A stretch of 64,000 nucleotides of DNA from Batkoa obscura (taxonomy: Eukaryota), in the NCBI GenBank assembly GCA_030770535.1, contig JASVEC010000027.1, positions 124,001-188,000 of the forward strand. The letters are read 5' to 3'. Shown in pieces: positions 26,038 through 38,558 of the stretch; position 1 is the first letter of the stretch; each line of letters starts with the position of its first letter. The notes under the pieces were generated by a model, which had not been told where the DNA came from, did not search any database, and worked only from the letters and a program-made list of their open reading frames with translations. Made by a program: the position numbers and the translations under genes.

Positions 26038-27876
26038 ATGAAATACCTATTTCGGAATACCAATTATCACCCTAATCATGAATAAAGTCCATTAAAAGTG
26101 CTTACTATAACCGTTGGAATTATTACTCCATTATCTATTTTATTAAGTATACCGTTTATAGAAAGTTCATGGATGTTAAATAATGTATTTGAAAATAAAG
26201 AGTTTAAACTTCATCCAAGTAAATTTTATTATTATTACTAATATGATTTAAATTTAAATTGAATTCATTTTAGTCAATGCCATCTGTAGTATAGTAGCTA
26301 ATCTATTCCAATTATTTGGTTCGATTACTTTAGTAACTAGATTTTGGGAAAAAAGGATAGTTTTGAATACAATATTAACTATTCTTTTCTTTTTCATTCA
26401 TTGTAAGTAATTATTTTGTATATTTTAATATACCAAACTTTATTCACTTTTTAGTTACCTTAATGGCTATATCAGTAACTTTTTACTATTTTAATTCGGA
26501 GATCAAACACAAAGAAGTTTCTTATAAGTTTATATTATCTTCAATAGCTACTTGTTTATCTTTAATTTCAGTTGTATTTTTAACCTTTGATTTTATCAAA
26601 TATAAAACAACATCAAAGAATAAGATTATATCAAAGAAACATCGAATGTTAGTAATCTATTGTATGTTAACAATTATATGGTCTAAAATAGGTGCTATTA
26701 TCTTTTGTGGTTTAGAAGGTTGGAGTTTTATTGATGGAATTTATTTTACATTAGGTAACTTTATTTTTATTTAATTAATAATTAATAGTTAATATTTAAC
26801 AATAATAATTAATAATAATAATAATTAATAATAATAATAATATTTAATAACATTTAGTAATATTTAATTTTAAGTAACAAATACAACGATGGGCTTTGGG
26901 GATTTAACACCAAAATTATTAAGTACCAAAATCTTTTTATTTTTTTATGCTATAATAGGAATTACTTTTACAGCTTTATTAATTAATTCAGTGCGTATAG
27001 CTTTATTGAAAAGTGTTGAGAGTATGTTTTTAAAGAATATGAAAAGAATTGAAAATCATGACTCAAGAATCAACTATAAGAATATTCAACAATTTTTAAG
27101 TTCCAACTTTGATTATAAAAATGCTAACTATATAAGATATGAATATCATATTAATTTATTAAATGAAAAATGGTATATTATTAAACATCAATTAATGTTT
27201 TCAATATTAACTTTAGCTTTATTTTGGTAATTTAATATATTATTATATAAATTTATATTTATTTATTTATTTATTTTATTTTATTTTATTTTTATTTTTA
27301 TTTTTATTTTTATTTTTATTTTTATTTTTATTTATTTTATTTTATTTTTATTTTTATTTAGGTTTATAGGTGGAGTAATTTTTATGTATGCAGAGACATG
27401 GACTTATTTTGATGCTATTTATTTTTGTTTTATATCATTTACAACTATAGGTTATGGTGATTTTGTACCTAAAGAAGTGTATAGTCGAGGAATTATGATA
27501 TTTTATTCTTTATTAGGATTAGTTACTGCAGCATATGTGATATCAATATGTACGGATGTAAGTGTGTTTTTATTAGATAAAAGGATTGATAATGATAAAT
27601 ATAAAACGGAAGTATTAGAAAGTAATAATTATGGGTTAAATGAAGAAATTAAAGAATTATTAAATAAGTTTCAAAAAGATAATATAAAAGATAAAGATGA
27701 AGTATTATTAAATTTAATTACATTAAGTAAAATGTATCAAAAAATGGTAGGTATATTGTTAGCTGACCAGGATGGACTATTATCTAAAGAGTTATTAGAA
27801 AAGAAAGAATTTATAAATTTAGAACAATTTCATTTATTTTTTTGTATTATTTTAAATAGATATGTTAATGAGTTAA

Positions 27877-27908
<32 letters not shown>

Positions 27909-27998
27909 TCAAATGGAACAAAGGAAAAGGTTATAAATAGTCATAATTTACAATTTTATGATCAAAAAATTATTGATAGATTAAAAAATGCGGTTTGA
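26038..27998 (+). pseudogene. TOK1: TOK1-type K+ channel copy C, inverted paralogue of copy A with an in-frame stop at codon 16 and a shortened C-terminus
   Basis: 26109-27991 near-identical to the reverse complement of ~16822-18694; the 5' part is diverged (MKYLFRNTNYHPNHE*SPLKV) with TAA at 26083-26085 where copy A has CAA. Confidence 0.75.
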
Positions 27999-28882
27999 GT
28001 AGTATAATTAATAATAGCTTAATTAATAATAAACTAATAAAAGGTAATAACAATGTTTTTAATAATATAATTATTTTAAAAAATAAACTAATTATTAACT
28101 AAATTTGATAATTCTCACTTATATTACTTTTTAAATATAAGATAAAATTGAAAAGTATTTTGTTATGATATTTTTTGATTTCTAAGGACAAATGCTACAA
28201 AATTCATTTAAATCACTAATTAAGACTCTCATATCAATCTCATAAAAACGGAATCATATAATGATCAAAATGACTCCTATGTCCCACTTTAAATGCTAGT
28301 ATGAACAAGATAATTACCATGATAACATTAAAGGACTACATGACTTCAGTTATATGGCTATGATTGTTAAGGTTAATTTTGGTATAATCTTTGTTCATAA
28401 ACCTGGTCTACGAATGTAAACTATTTCTATGAGTTAATAACTATTGAGCCAAAAACGTTATAGATTAACATAATTTTTTTGTTTTGTAGATTTTAATTAA
28501 GGTTTGTTTTTTATGTCTTTCATTATATGAGGAGCTTTATTCCTTTTTAGTAAATTTTAATAATATTATACTAGATGTAAGAAAAAAATTTCAGAAATTG
28601 TTTTGCTTCATGTAAAATGCTACGAATTTAATAAAATAGAATTCTTAAATATGCTTAAATAACACTTTAATATCCTTAAATTCTTGGATTATATAAAAGA
28701 TTAATTGAAGTTTATAAATTGTAAAGTTCTCAGACTTCAATGTTAAACTATAAAACTAATTTTAGTTCTTGATATCGAGGATAGCCAATCACTTCAAAGT
28801 TCCTAAAATAATTTCTAATTTTTAATAAATTGAATAATATAAATTTTTCAATAAGCAATTTGTTTTTCTTTATTATAAAATA

Positions 28883-30773
28883 ATGAGTTTAAAAATAAAC
28901 TTACTGGCAATTTTATATCTTGTAATTCAAATAAGCTACATCAATTCTAGCATACCTGGTGTAATTGACTGTGATAATACTAATGAAAATGATTATTTTA
29001 GTAATATTAAACCTGCAACGAACGGAAACAAAGCAAAGTGTAATACTAACATTTTATTTTAATAAGCAAATACTAACTTAGTTAATATTAGTAGGAAATA
29101 TTAGTGGATTTTCAATTGAATATTTTTCCACTTATAAAATAATCAAAGATGATATAAATCAAAGAACATACGTTTTATATTGTGCTGGTACCAAAGTACC
29201 ACTAATTGAAGCTGATGTTCATTTTTCGTTACCACTCACTAAAGTTACAGTAAAGGATACAGCAAGACCAGCTGTAGCTTGGCTTGAAATGTTGGGATTA
29301 AGGGATGTAATTACATCAATTTTAGGAGAAACTGAAAAGATAACTAGTCCTTGTGTATCAAAGAATATAAAAGAGGGCAAAATAGCTAAAGTTAATAAAC
29401 AACCTTCAGATTCTCAATTATTATTTATCAAAGATCCAAGAGATACATATGAAGAAGGAAATATCGTTGTTCCATTAAATTTTTATAATGAAGGATATGG
29501 CCCTTTGCAAGTAAGTTAAAATATACTTTTATTATTTAATTTTATTTATTTATTTATAAAAGAAAGCCCAATGGATCATGTTTATTGCAGCTTTTTTTAA
29601 TAAAGAAAGAATAGCAGAAAATATTTACAGTGATATTAAAAATTCAGCTAATTGTCATACTCATAATTTAAGTAAGCTCCAAGATCACAAATATGTCTCG
29701 TTTACCAGTTATGAAGCTAATAAATCAGTTGAAAAATGGAGCATGCCAAGAAGTGTATATTTAACTAGTTTAAGTTATATGTCAGGTTCTATTATTAATT
29801 GGCAAGTAACCCCTGATAATGAGTTCCAAGGTCAAGAGAGGATAGGGGATTTTCAAGATGTTATCGGAGTAAGTGGTATGGTTGTTGATATCAATAATGA
29901 AGACGGTAAAAGAAGCATAAATAAAACAAAAAATATTAAGGATGAGAGGGGATTATCTAATACTTATGACGAATGGCTCAAAAGAGCAGGTTATAAAGCA
30001 AATCAAAATAATCCCTGGCCATATTTCCTGAACGCCAAAAAATTGTTCAATTTGGATGGAAGGTTAAATCAATATGGTTATTCAGATTGGTTTGAAACTG
30101 CAGTAACAAGACCTGATTTAGTAATACAAGGTAGCAATTTTTATTCTTTTAATTATAATAATTAAAACTTTTAGATTTCACAATTGCTCAATATTCAAAA
30201 TACCCTACTTCTGGTTCTGCAATTTGGTTATTAAATTTATCAGAAGGAAAATTTAGCTATTTATACGACGATGATAATTGTGATACATCAAAAGCCTCAT
30301 TTGAACCTTCAAAATGTACTATCATTCCTAATGGTTATGCATCATTTGATGAGACTGATTCTAATTCCGGTTTAATCTTTGGTAATGGAAACCTAGATGC
30401 AAATAAAGGCTTATCCGTTGGCATAAAATTGGCTATCTCTATAGTAGTTATAGCTGCCGTCCTAATCATTGGGTATATATTATTCCGTCGCTATAAAAAA
30501 AGGTTACCACCTAAGGTTACTCATAGCATCATTTCACGCTTTCCTAGTATTAATAAGAGTGCCTATTCTACTCAAAATAGCCAACCAAGTTCTAGCAAAC
30601 AAGATAAATTTTATTTACTTGATTCAGCAAATAATTCATTTGCTTCCTCTAAATTACGTCCAAATCACCCTTTGGCAGGCCATTTAAATATTGACGATTA
30701 TAGTGATGATGATTTAGAACTTGGTAAACAACAAAAGTTTACTTATACTTTGGATTCTGGTTTTAGAAATTAA
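28883..30773 (+). CDS. Type I membrane protein with a periplasmic-binding-protein-like ectodomain, CBA1 (cobalamin acquisition)-like
   Basis: Signal peptide; FSIEYFSTYKII..TYVLYC.GT, LEMLG, ITSPC, PLQ|KAQWIMFIAAFFNKE..A..IY..I, DWFETAVTRPDLVIQ|D; TM LAISIVVIAAVLIIGYILF-RRYKK; introns near 29038-29094, 29511-29561, 30131-30174. Confidence 0.75.
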
Positions 30774-30797
30774 TATTTTATTTTGAATAAAATTACA

Positions 30798-30904
30798 TAT
30801 GGGAATGTATTTTTTTGTCCAAGAACTTTACTAATAATCTTTCCCCGCTCAAGTAGTACTTAAAAAATGAAAAAAGTAATGAAACCAAAAAAAACATCCT
30901 CATA
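30798..30904. mobile_element. MITE family 1 copy
   Basis: tatgggaatgtattttttt...aaaaaaacatcctcata, 25 bp after the stop codon of the preceding gene. Confidence 0.85.
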
Positions 30905-32393
30905 TTTTTAATTAAGATATATCTTATTTATATATTATATAAAAATGATATGAAGTTTTACAGTTTTTATCCACGTTTTTTCACATAGCTATTATTTGTT
31001 GTTTCCACTTTTAAAATTCATTTCATTAAGGAAAGTATTATAATATAAATGTTAAAACTATTATTCTATATTATAGTATTTAGATATATGATTATATGAT
31101 AAAATTAATTCAAAATAATTTTTAAATTTACATTGAATTATAGCCCAAAATACAATGAATGCAATGCTAGAACATCAATTAGTTTTATATTAAATATGGT
31201 AGCTATAATGAAATAATCTAGACTTATTAGGCTAAGGAACGTAACATTTTAAACCTTTGGGAAAGAAAGTTGCTTTTATATGGAGTTATAATCTTAAAAT
31301 CAAATATAGATAAAGAGGCAGAAAAATCTGAGATAATGAATTGTTAATTTTACATAACTAAGAAGAAATAGAAGAAATTTTGAAGGCAATTAATTATAAT
31401 ATTATAAAAATTTAATAAGTATAGAACCTTAATTAACAGTGACTATGATAATACTTTGGAATAAGGTATTTGTAAAGTAAAACTGGCTTGCTATCAAGAA
31501 TAAATTTTATTTACTTTTCACAGTGGAGCGGAATGTAATTCCTATTATTATTTTATACTCATAATGAAAGAAATGATGTGGAGGGGACTCTATTTTTAAA
31601 TTCAAGATAATGGTATTAAAATAAATAGAGTATGTTTTACGCAACAAAATTGACTATAAATTAACTTTTTAATAGCTGAAGTTAAAATTTTATAGTTTAC
31701 AAAGATTATTAAGATATTTGTTTTATCTAGTGTTTTTTGTAATAATTTTTATTACTTAATATTTTTACAAAGAAAAAATAAGTCATCGCTTTTAAAAACT
31801 TGTTTTTAATGTACAATTGTATAACTAATAAATTAAAATCTATAGATAGAAACATATTTCAAATCATTTGTAATTTAATTTTCACAAAACATAAGTTAAG
31901 GTTTTAATACTACATAATCCATATGATATATTATACTTTTATTTAACTGCCATCTTTTTAAGTTAAGAATCTAACATTAAGAGTATAAAAAGATCCATAA
32001 TATATTAGAATGTTAAAAATAGCCCTGCTTTTTAACATGATTTCATTATCAAGTCGATAAATGAAATAATTTTATTAACCACCGTATTTACTGACCAATA
32101 AATGTAGGGATTATATCATATACGCTAAATTTAATTCATATAGCCTCAAATTAAAACCTAGTTTTAGTAGGATTCATAAATCTAGAATTGCATTTAATTC
32201 AATTCTCTTCCAATTAAATCGATCATGAAAACTGTATCAGCCAATGAAGTTACACCAAACTTAGATCACTGTTTAAGCACCTGAAATCATTAAATTAATT
32301 TATTATATAAAAACTAATTACTACTTCCGTTTTAAATAAATTTTAAAACTATTTTATTTTTATCGTTTCTCATCTTGTTAGCTTAACTTTAAG

Positions 32394-34523
32394 ATGAAAA
32401 TATCGTTTAAGCCAACTTCTATTAAATTGCCTGAACAATCGTCTTTTTTCACTGCTTCGCCTAATCGCTCTCCTTCTATCAAATTCCAAACTAACCCTTT
32501 CGAACAGCAAAGTGGAACTGCTAGAGTTCGATTAAATAATGATAATAATTATCCAAAAACACCCTACCCTAATCAAAGTAGCTTTAATCCTATGGAAATC
32601 GAAGACAAAAGCTCTCGTTATTCAAGTATAAGTTCAGATAATAGTGATAAGCAACAAATAAATGAAATACAATGTCAAGAACTCGCAAATTTAATAAGTT
32701 CAAATGAAATAGCTGATAGTTTAATTATTGATACTCGTCCAACAATGTTATATGCAAAATGTAAAATACTTAATTCAGTTAATATATTTATGTCTTCAAC
32801 TATCATTAAAGGGGATAACTTTGATATTTCCCACATGCTCAACTCCATTATTGTAGAAGAACAAAAAGAGTTATTAAAAAACTGGAAATGTTATCAATCA
32901 ATTATATTCATGGATGCTAACTCAAAGACGTTAAGCGATGAATCGCAGTTTTATAATTTGTCAAAAAGATTGATAGAGCCAGGAACTAGACCTGAGTTTT
33001 ATTGGGTTAGAGGTAATTCATTACTAATACGATCGACTTTAAACTAACTTTAGCTTAAATTAGGTGGATTCAAAGAATTTCAATCTTCTTTTCCTTCACT
33101 CGTATGCGCTAGTTCAGGACCATTGATCAAAAATTCTATTAAAAAACCAACCCTTTCGCTAAATTCATTAGGCCCATTAACTACTACTGCTACTACTGCT
33201 TCTGTCACCTCTGCTTCTGTTGACAATTATAATCAGCAGTTTTTCAATTGCTTAAGACAATACAACACCGCTACTTCAAGCAGTGTCGAAAAGATACCAA
33301 TTCAAATGCCAATTCCAGACGTTAATTCCTTTGGTCAATGTGCTTCAACTTTACCTGCCTTTTTACAGAAAATGATTGAAAAAGATCACGGAGAAAAAGC
33401 AATTGCAGAACTTTTTGAAGTAATTTGGATTTAGTCATTATTTATAACCTGACCATTTTTATAGAAATTAGATATTTCGGAGCAGAAAAGATTATATTCA
33501 CTAACTAAAACTGGTAAAGGTGCTTATAATAATCCATATAGTGTAAGCGCAGGTATAGAAAAGGGCCACAAGAATCGATATATGAATATCTGGCCTTATG
33601 AAAATTCAAGAATTAAACTTGCAGATTATAGTGCCCCAGAATCAGATTATATTAACGCTAGCTTGATTACTGAATCTATTACTAACAATAATTACATCGC
33701 AACCCAAGGACCACTTCCGGCTACATTTGAAGATTTTTGGCAATTAATATGGCAAAACAACACTCGAGTTATAGCAATGTTAACAAAAGAATATGAAGGT
33801 GGTAGAATCCGATGCCACCGTTATTGGCCAGATATTCCAGGACAATCTGTAGCATTCGGAAAATTTGTAGTTAAAAATTTGCAAGAAGAAGAATGTACTA
33901 ACACAGGATTAATCCAACTTCGTAAATTTTTATTATCAAGAAGTGATCGTCATTGTGAACCAATGATTATCATGCAAGTCCATTATCTTGGATGGCCTGA
34001 TTTTGGGGTCCCAGCAGAACCAACTACCTTATTAAGAGTAAGAAATCTAACTCGCCATCTTCAAACAATGGCAGAAGCAAGATTTGATCATGTTGGACCA
34101 ATGATAGTACATTGTAGTGCAGGTTGTGGTAGAACTGGTGCATTTTGTGCAATAGATAGTTCCATAGCAGCATTAGATTTCAATTTATTTTCTGCTTACT
34201 CAGATATTGTTTACCATATAGTAGAATCGTTTCGTGATCAAAGAATATCCATGGTACAAACCCATCGTCAATTAGTACTTATTTATGAGACATTAATATG
34301 GTATTTACTTTCGGATCGACGCTGTGGGGATCTTTCTGGATTATGCCCAAGTTTAAGGCACTTGGATTTTACCCCACTTGAAATAGTAACTCCAATGATT
34401 AAACAAGGGATAGATTCTTACTTTTCGCCTTCAACTATTACTAATAATGGCGATTATTTTTCAATACCTTCTTCAAGTATTGCTGGTGTTTCAACTCCTA
34501 ATGGGAATGGCTTTCCGTTTTAA
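32394..34523 (+). CDS. Protein-tyrosine phosphatase with N-terminal rhodanese (Cdc25-homology) domain, Ptp2/Ptp3/Pyp1-like MAPK phosphatase
   Basis: LIIDTRP, WVRG|GF, KNRYMNIWPYE, DYINAS, YIATQGP, WPDFGVP, VHCSAGCGRTG, QRISMVQT; introns ~33012-33063 and 33420-33464. Confidence 0.93.
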
Positions 34524-34755
34524 TAATTTTTTACATTATATTTATCTAATTTAGTTAGGTCACCTTATTTTTTCTATTTCATTTATGATACTAAATAAAT
34601 TGAGTTTTTATTAAAGTTAATAAAATAAAATTTAATCTTATGGCTAAGTATTTTTACTATTTTTATTTTTATTTAGTTTACAGTTCAAATATTATTTCTA
34701 AAACAGTTGATTTTTTGGGCTCTTAAAAAAATGGCTTATATAGTTTGAGCTCAAA

Positions 34756-34848
34756 TATGGGGGGTATTTTTTTGGTTTCATCACTTTTTCCATTTTTAAG
34801 CGCTATTGGGCTGAAAAAATTGTGTAAAATTTTTAATAGACACCCTTA
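34756..34848. mobile_element. MITE family 1 copy, internally deleted
   Basis: tatggggggtatttttttggtttcatcactttttccatttttaagcgctatt. Confidence 0.8.
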
Positions 34849-35282
34849 TGTTTTCTCAGTTTGTTTGGCGAGAATATTGTAGAACCTGAATTGGCGTTAA
34901 AATACTGTGAATTGCTTAGAAGTGGGGTTATAGGTAGTATATTAAGATATTATTAATAAATCATATCATAGATAGGATTATTTATGATAAGTATTGATAC
35001 AATTGAAAATGCTATATACTAATTTTTATCTTGAATATTTAATAAAAGTAAAAAGGAGTAATGAATTTTACTATAATATTTTAGTTTTATAGAATTGAAT
35101 TAATCTTAAGCTATTGAAATTAATTGTAAGTTTTATTAAAATAAATCAGCTTTTTTACTATTAAAATAGTGTTTCAGAAGCTTCAAGGCTATTTGTATAG
35201 CTTTTAAATGTATTTATTTAAATGAAATCTAACAACCATTTTGCTATGACATTATACAAGCTACCTAATGGTATGGAAAATA

Positions 35283-35386
35283 CATGTGTATGTTTTTTTG
35301 TGTTTAAGAATTTTACTAACAGTTATTCTACTGAAATAGCGCTTGAAAAATGGAAAAAGTAATGAAACTAAAAAAACATACTCTAA
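35283..35386. mobile_element. MITE family 1 copy
   Basis: Core aattttactaac...gaaatagcgcttgaaaaatggaaaaagtaatgaaac. Confidence 0.8.
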
Positions 35387-35534
35387 TCTATTTTCATCTT
35401 TTAGGTTTATTTGTTTTGGGCTGATGATACCTTATTTTTAAAAAGGCATTTGCTTTCTAAAAAAGCTTTACTTTATATAATAATAACTACAATAACATCA
35501 AGAAAGCGTGAAAAATGACCAAATAGCGCAAAAA

Positions 35535-35607
35535 GGTCCCGTGGCCCAATGGATAAGGCGTCTGTCTACGGAACAGAAGATTCCAGGTTCGATCCCTGGC
35601 GGGATCA
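35535..35607 (+). tRNA. tRNA-Arg (ACG)
   Basis: Cloverleaf: acceptor GGTCCCG/CGGGATC, anticodon arm TCTGT-CT ACG GA-ACAGA, T-arm CCAGG-TTCGATC-CCTGG; 73 nt, no intron. Confidence 0.97.
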
Positions 35608-36097
35608 TTAGTAGCTATTGTCATAGTTCATCTTTTACAAAACTTAAGCCCTTTTGTTCATTTTTATGTAGTATAAAATAGTAAAATTATTGTTAATTTC
35701 AGAATAAAAACTATTTAATTATTTATTGAAAAACCATCAATGGCATTTATAAGTTTAATTTTCAAACTAATAGCTATATCCTTTTTATGTCTAATTAAAT
35801 ATCTTAACTATATCAATAGTTTGTTAAATCTGGTTACCATTATCTAATACTTGAGTTTGGACTGGAAACTGGTGTCCTTGGTTTAGTTTAAAAAAATAAG
35901 TGGTTGTATTTGTTATAAATACACCATGAAGATAATTTCAAATAGTATATAACTATAAAGCTATTTTATACCATCTTTTACACTAGAATTAGCACGATTT
36001 TGTTCACATTTTATGACTATAACTGGTTGATTATCATGTTACATATTGATAATAATATCTGGCAACCCTTTAACTTTTTCAATACTGTTTAATACTA

Positions 36098-36202
36098 TAT
36101 GGGGATGTATTTTTTTGTTTAACAATTTTACTAACAATCTTTTCACTCAAATAGCGCTTAAAAGATGGAAAAAGCGATAAAACCAAAAAAAACATTCTCA
36201 TA
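36098..36202. mobile_element. MITE family 1 copy (left arm of an inverted pair)
   Basis: tatggggatgtattttttt...aaaaaaacattctcata. Confidence 0.9.
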
Positions 36203-36218
36203 TGTTCCAAATAGAATA

Positions 36219-36323
36219 TATGGAGGTATTTTTTTTGGTTTCATTATTTTTTCCATTTTTTAAGCGCTATTTGCGTGGAAAGATTGTTAGTAAAATTGTT
36301 AAACAAAAAAATATATCCCCATA
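36219..36323. mobile_element. MITE family 1 copy (right arm of an inverted pair)
   Basis: Opposite orientation to 36098-36202; ends atatccccata. Confidence 0.9.
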
Positions 36324-36630
36324 GTAACTGATAATCGATAAAATATCCACTATTTTGATTTTAATCTTGATTTTTATTACCTCTTTTTAATACAGTGTAT
36401 GCTAAACACATCACGTGAGATTGTTGAGCACCTAATATTGCTCTATTGAGTATATTTTAGAGTCTTTAGTCCATAGTTTGTATTATATTAAAGTTATAGA
36501 ATTGTGTTTGACAGTTACAGATTAATACAGTCATTTAAAAGTTTAAGTAAAAAAATTACAAAAGATTAATTTTAAGAGCGGCAGATAACATTTTCAATGA
36601 GTTAAATATTTTCGATATTTTCTTTAAACA

Positions 36631-36733
36631 TATGGGAGTGTTTTTTTTAGCTTCATTATTTTTTTCATTTTTAAGCACTATTTGAGTGAAAAAATTGCCA
36701 GTAAAATTCTTAAATAAAAAATACATTACCATA
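36631..36733. mobile_element. MITE family 1 copy
   Basis: tatgggagtgtttttttt...aaatacattaccata. Confidence 0.87.
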
Positions 36734-37319
36734 TAAATATTGAATAACCGGCTCAATTTGATAAATTAATATTTAAAAAAACTTGAACTTGAAAATTAAT
36801 AGATACATTTTATAAGTTATACTTTTAATTAAAGCATTGCTGAATTTTTTATATAAAAGATAGAATTTACAAAATCAAAAACAAGTTCTATTGTCATTTT
36901 CATTTTTGTCTAATAAAAATTAATTTACTTTCCTTTTATAAATCAATCACTTTAATATTCTCCTACTACATTATTTATAATACTCAAATCTACCCAAGTT
37001 AACAATTTAATTTATAATCAAATAATAATAATGTGTTTTCAATTTTATTAAGATAATTTTGAAATAAAAAATATAAAGATTGATTCAATTGATCATGAAT
37101 ATTATTATAAATATTTAATATAGATAATTATTGATGGGTTTTCAATTTTTATATAGTATGAAAAATGACCAAAATATCAATGCTAAAAAAATTATTTCAT
37201 GTGCCAACCAATTTCTAAAATTATCTATTAGATATTAGCCAATCAGGGCTTTATCTACTAAAAACACATCAACTTCATTTAAATTTTACGTTTTCTTTGA
37301 AATTCAATCAACGAATATC

Positions 37320-37951
37320 ATGTCTGAAGCAAAATATACTGTATTATTTGTGTGTCTCGGGAATATCTGTCGATCCCCAATGGCAGAGGCAGTATTTATT
37401 AATGAAATAAAAATCCGACAATTAGATCATTTGTTTACAATTGATTCTGCAGGTACAGCTGGTTATCATGTAAAATTCAGATTTTTAATATATTAAGAGT
37501 TTCTGAGCTGATGTGTTTAAATTTATTAGGCTGGAGATAAAGCAGATTCTAGAAGTATTGCTAAATGTAAACAACATGGTGTTCCTGTTTATTCAATTTC
37601 TAGAAAAGTAAGTTTAAAAATAGAAGTTAATATATAATAATAATACTAAATTAATAATTAATAGATAAAGAAAGAAGATTTTTATAAATTTGATTATATC
37701 CTTTGTATGGATAATAGTAATTTAAGTGATCTAAATCATATAAAACCAAAAGATTCAGATTCTAAAGGTAAACATATAATTATTTTATTATTTTAAATTT
37801 ATTGTCAGTGGAATTATTTGGAAATTATGACCCAAATAGAGAAACTATAATTAAAGATCCATATTATGGTGGTGACGATGGCTTTGAGACTAATTTCCAA
37901 CAAACGAAAAGAGCTTCAATTGGATTTTTAAAAAGTTTAAATCTTATTTAA
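37320..37951 (+). CDS. LTP1: Low-molecular-weight protein-tyrosine phosphatase (absent from the ORF track)
   Basis: Exons 37320-37469, 37530-37607, 37665-37767, 37809-37951 give VLFVCLGNICRSPMAEAVF, IDSAGTAGYH, FDYILCMD, IIKDPYYG. Confidence 0.95.
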
Positions 37952-38558
37952 TATATCAATTAAGTTCTATTTTATACTATTGACTTTGAACTTTGGAAGT
38001 GGTATATTATATTATATTACATTAATTAAATTAACTAAATTGAATACATATATTAAAATGGTTATTAGATAATTATGTATTTTGTAGTTTAAAGTTTAAT
38101 ACTTTGGTAATTATATATCTATTCACTTATTATTGTTTATTATTACCATTGTCTTATTATTTATTTAGTATTTTTTAACCCAAATTGATAATAGTATTTC
38201 TAGTCTATTAGATTCATTTCGAAATTGAATAAAGTATATAATAAATTAGTTTATTCAATTTTTTATCAAATATTATTTTATTGTTAAATTTTGTTATTAT
38301 TTTTTAATAATTTAGAGAATAATGATTAAAGTAAAATGTCTTTATTCATATATTCATAAAATAAAATGTTAATAAAATCGATTTATTTCATGAACAATTT
38401 CCTTACCATTTATAATATGGTCCATAAGGATAACTTAATAGAATTGCAACATCAAATGGTCTTTATTTCTGCAAAAATTGAAGTTCATAATAATTACAAA
38501 AATTGAAGTTCTTAATCAGAAAAAAAAGCATAGATTAGTTTTTATATTACTAATCTAC

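Noticed and set aside
26083..26085. TAA/TAG stop-codon reassignment explaining in-frame stops
   Set aside because: Intact conserved genes in the window terminate with TAA, TAG and TGA and have no internal stops; the stops are confined to decayed copies.
36556..36756. Short ORFs 36556-36756, 41528-41734 and 52039-52260 sharing FKRYLS/KNTP-like peptides
   Set aside because: Translations of MITE family 1, not a protein family.
32394..37951. Two tyrosine phosphatase genes close together as a functional cluster
   Set aside because: Unrelated folds (classical PTP versus LMW-PTP), both ordinary housekeeping genes; no evidence beyond adjacency.
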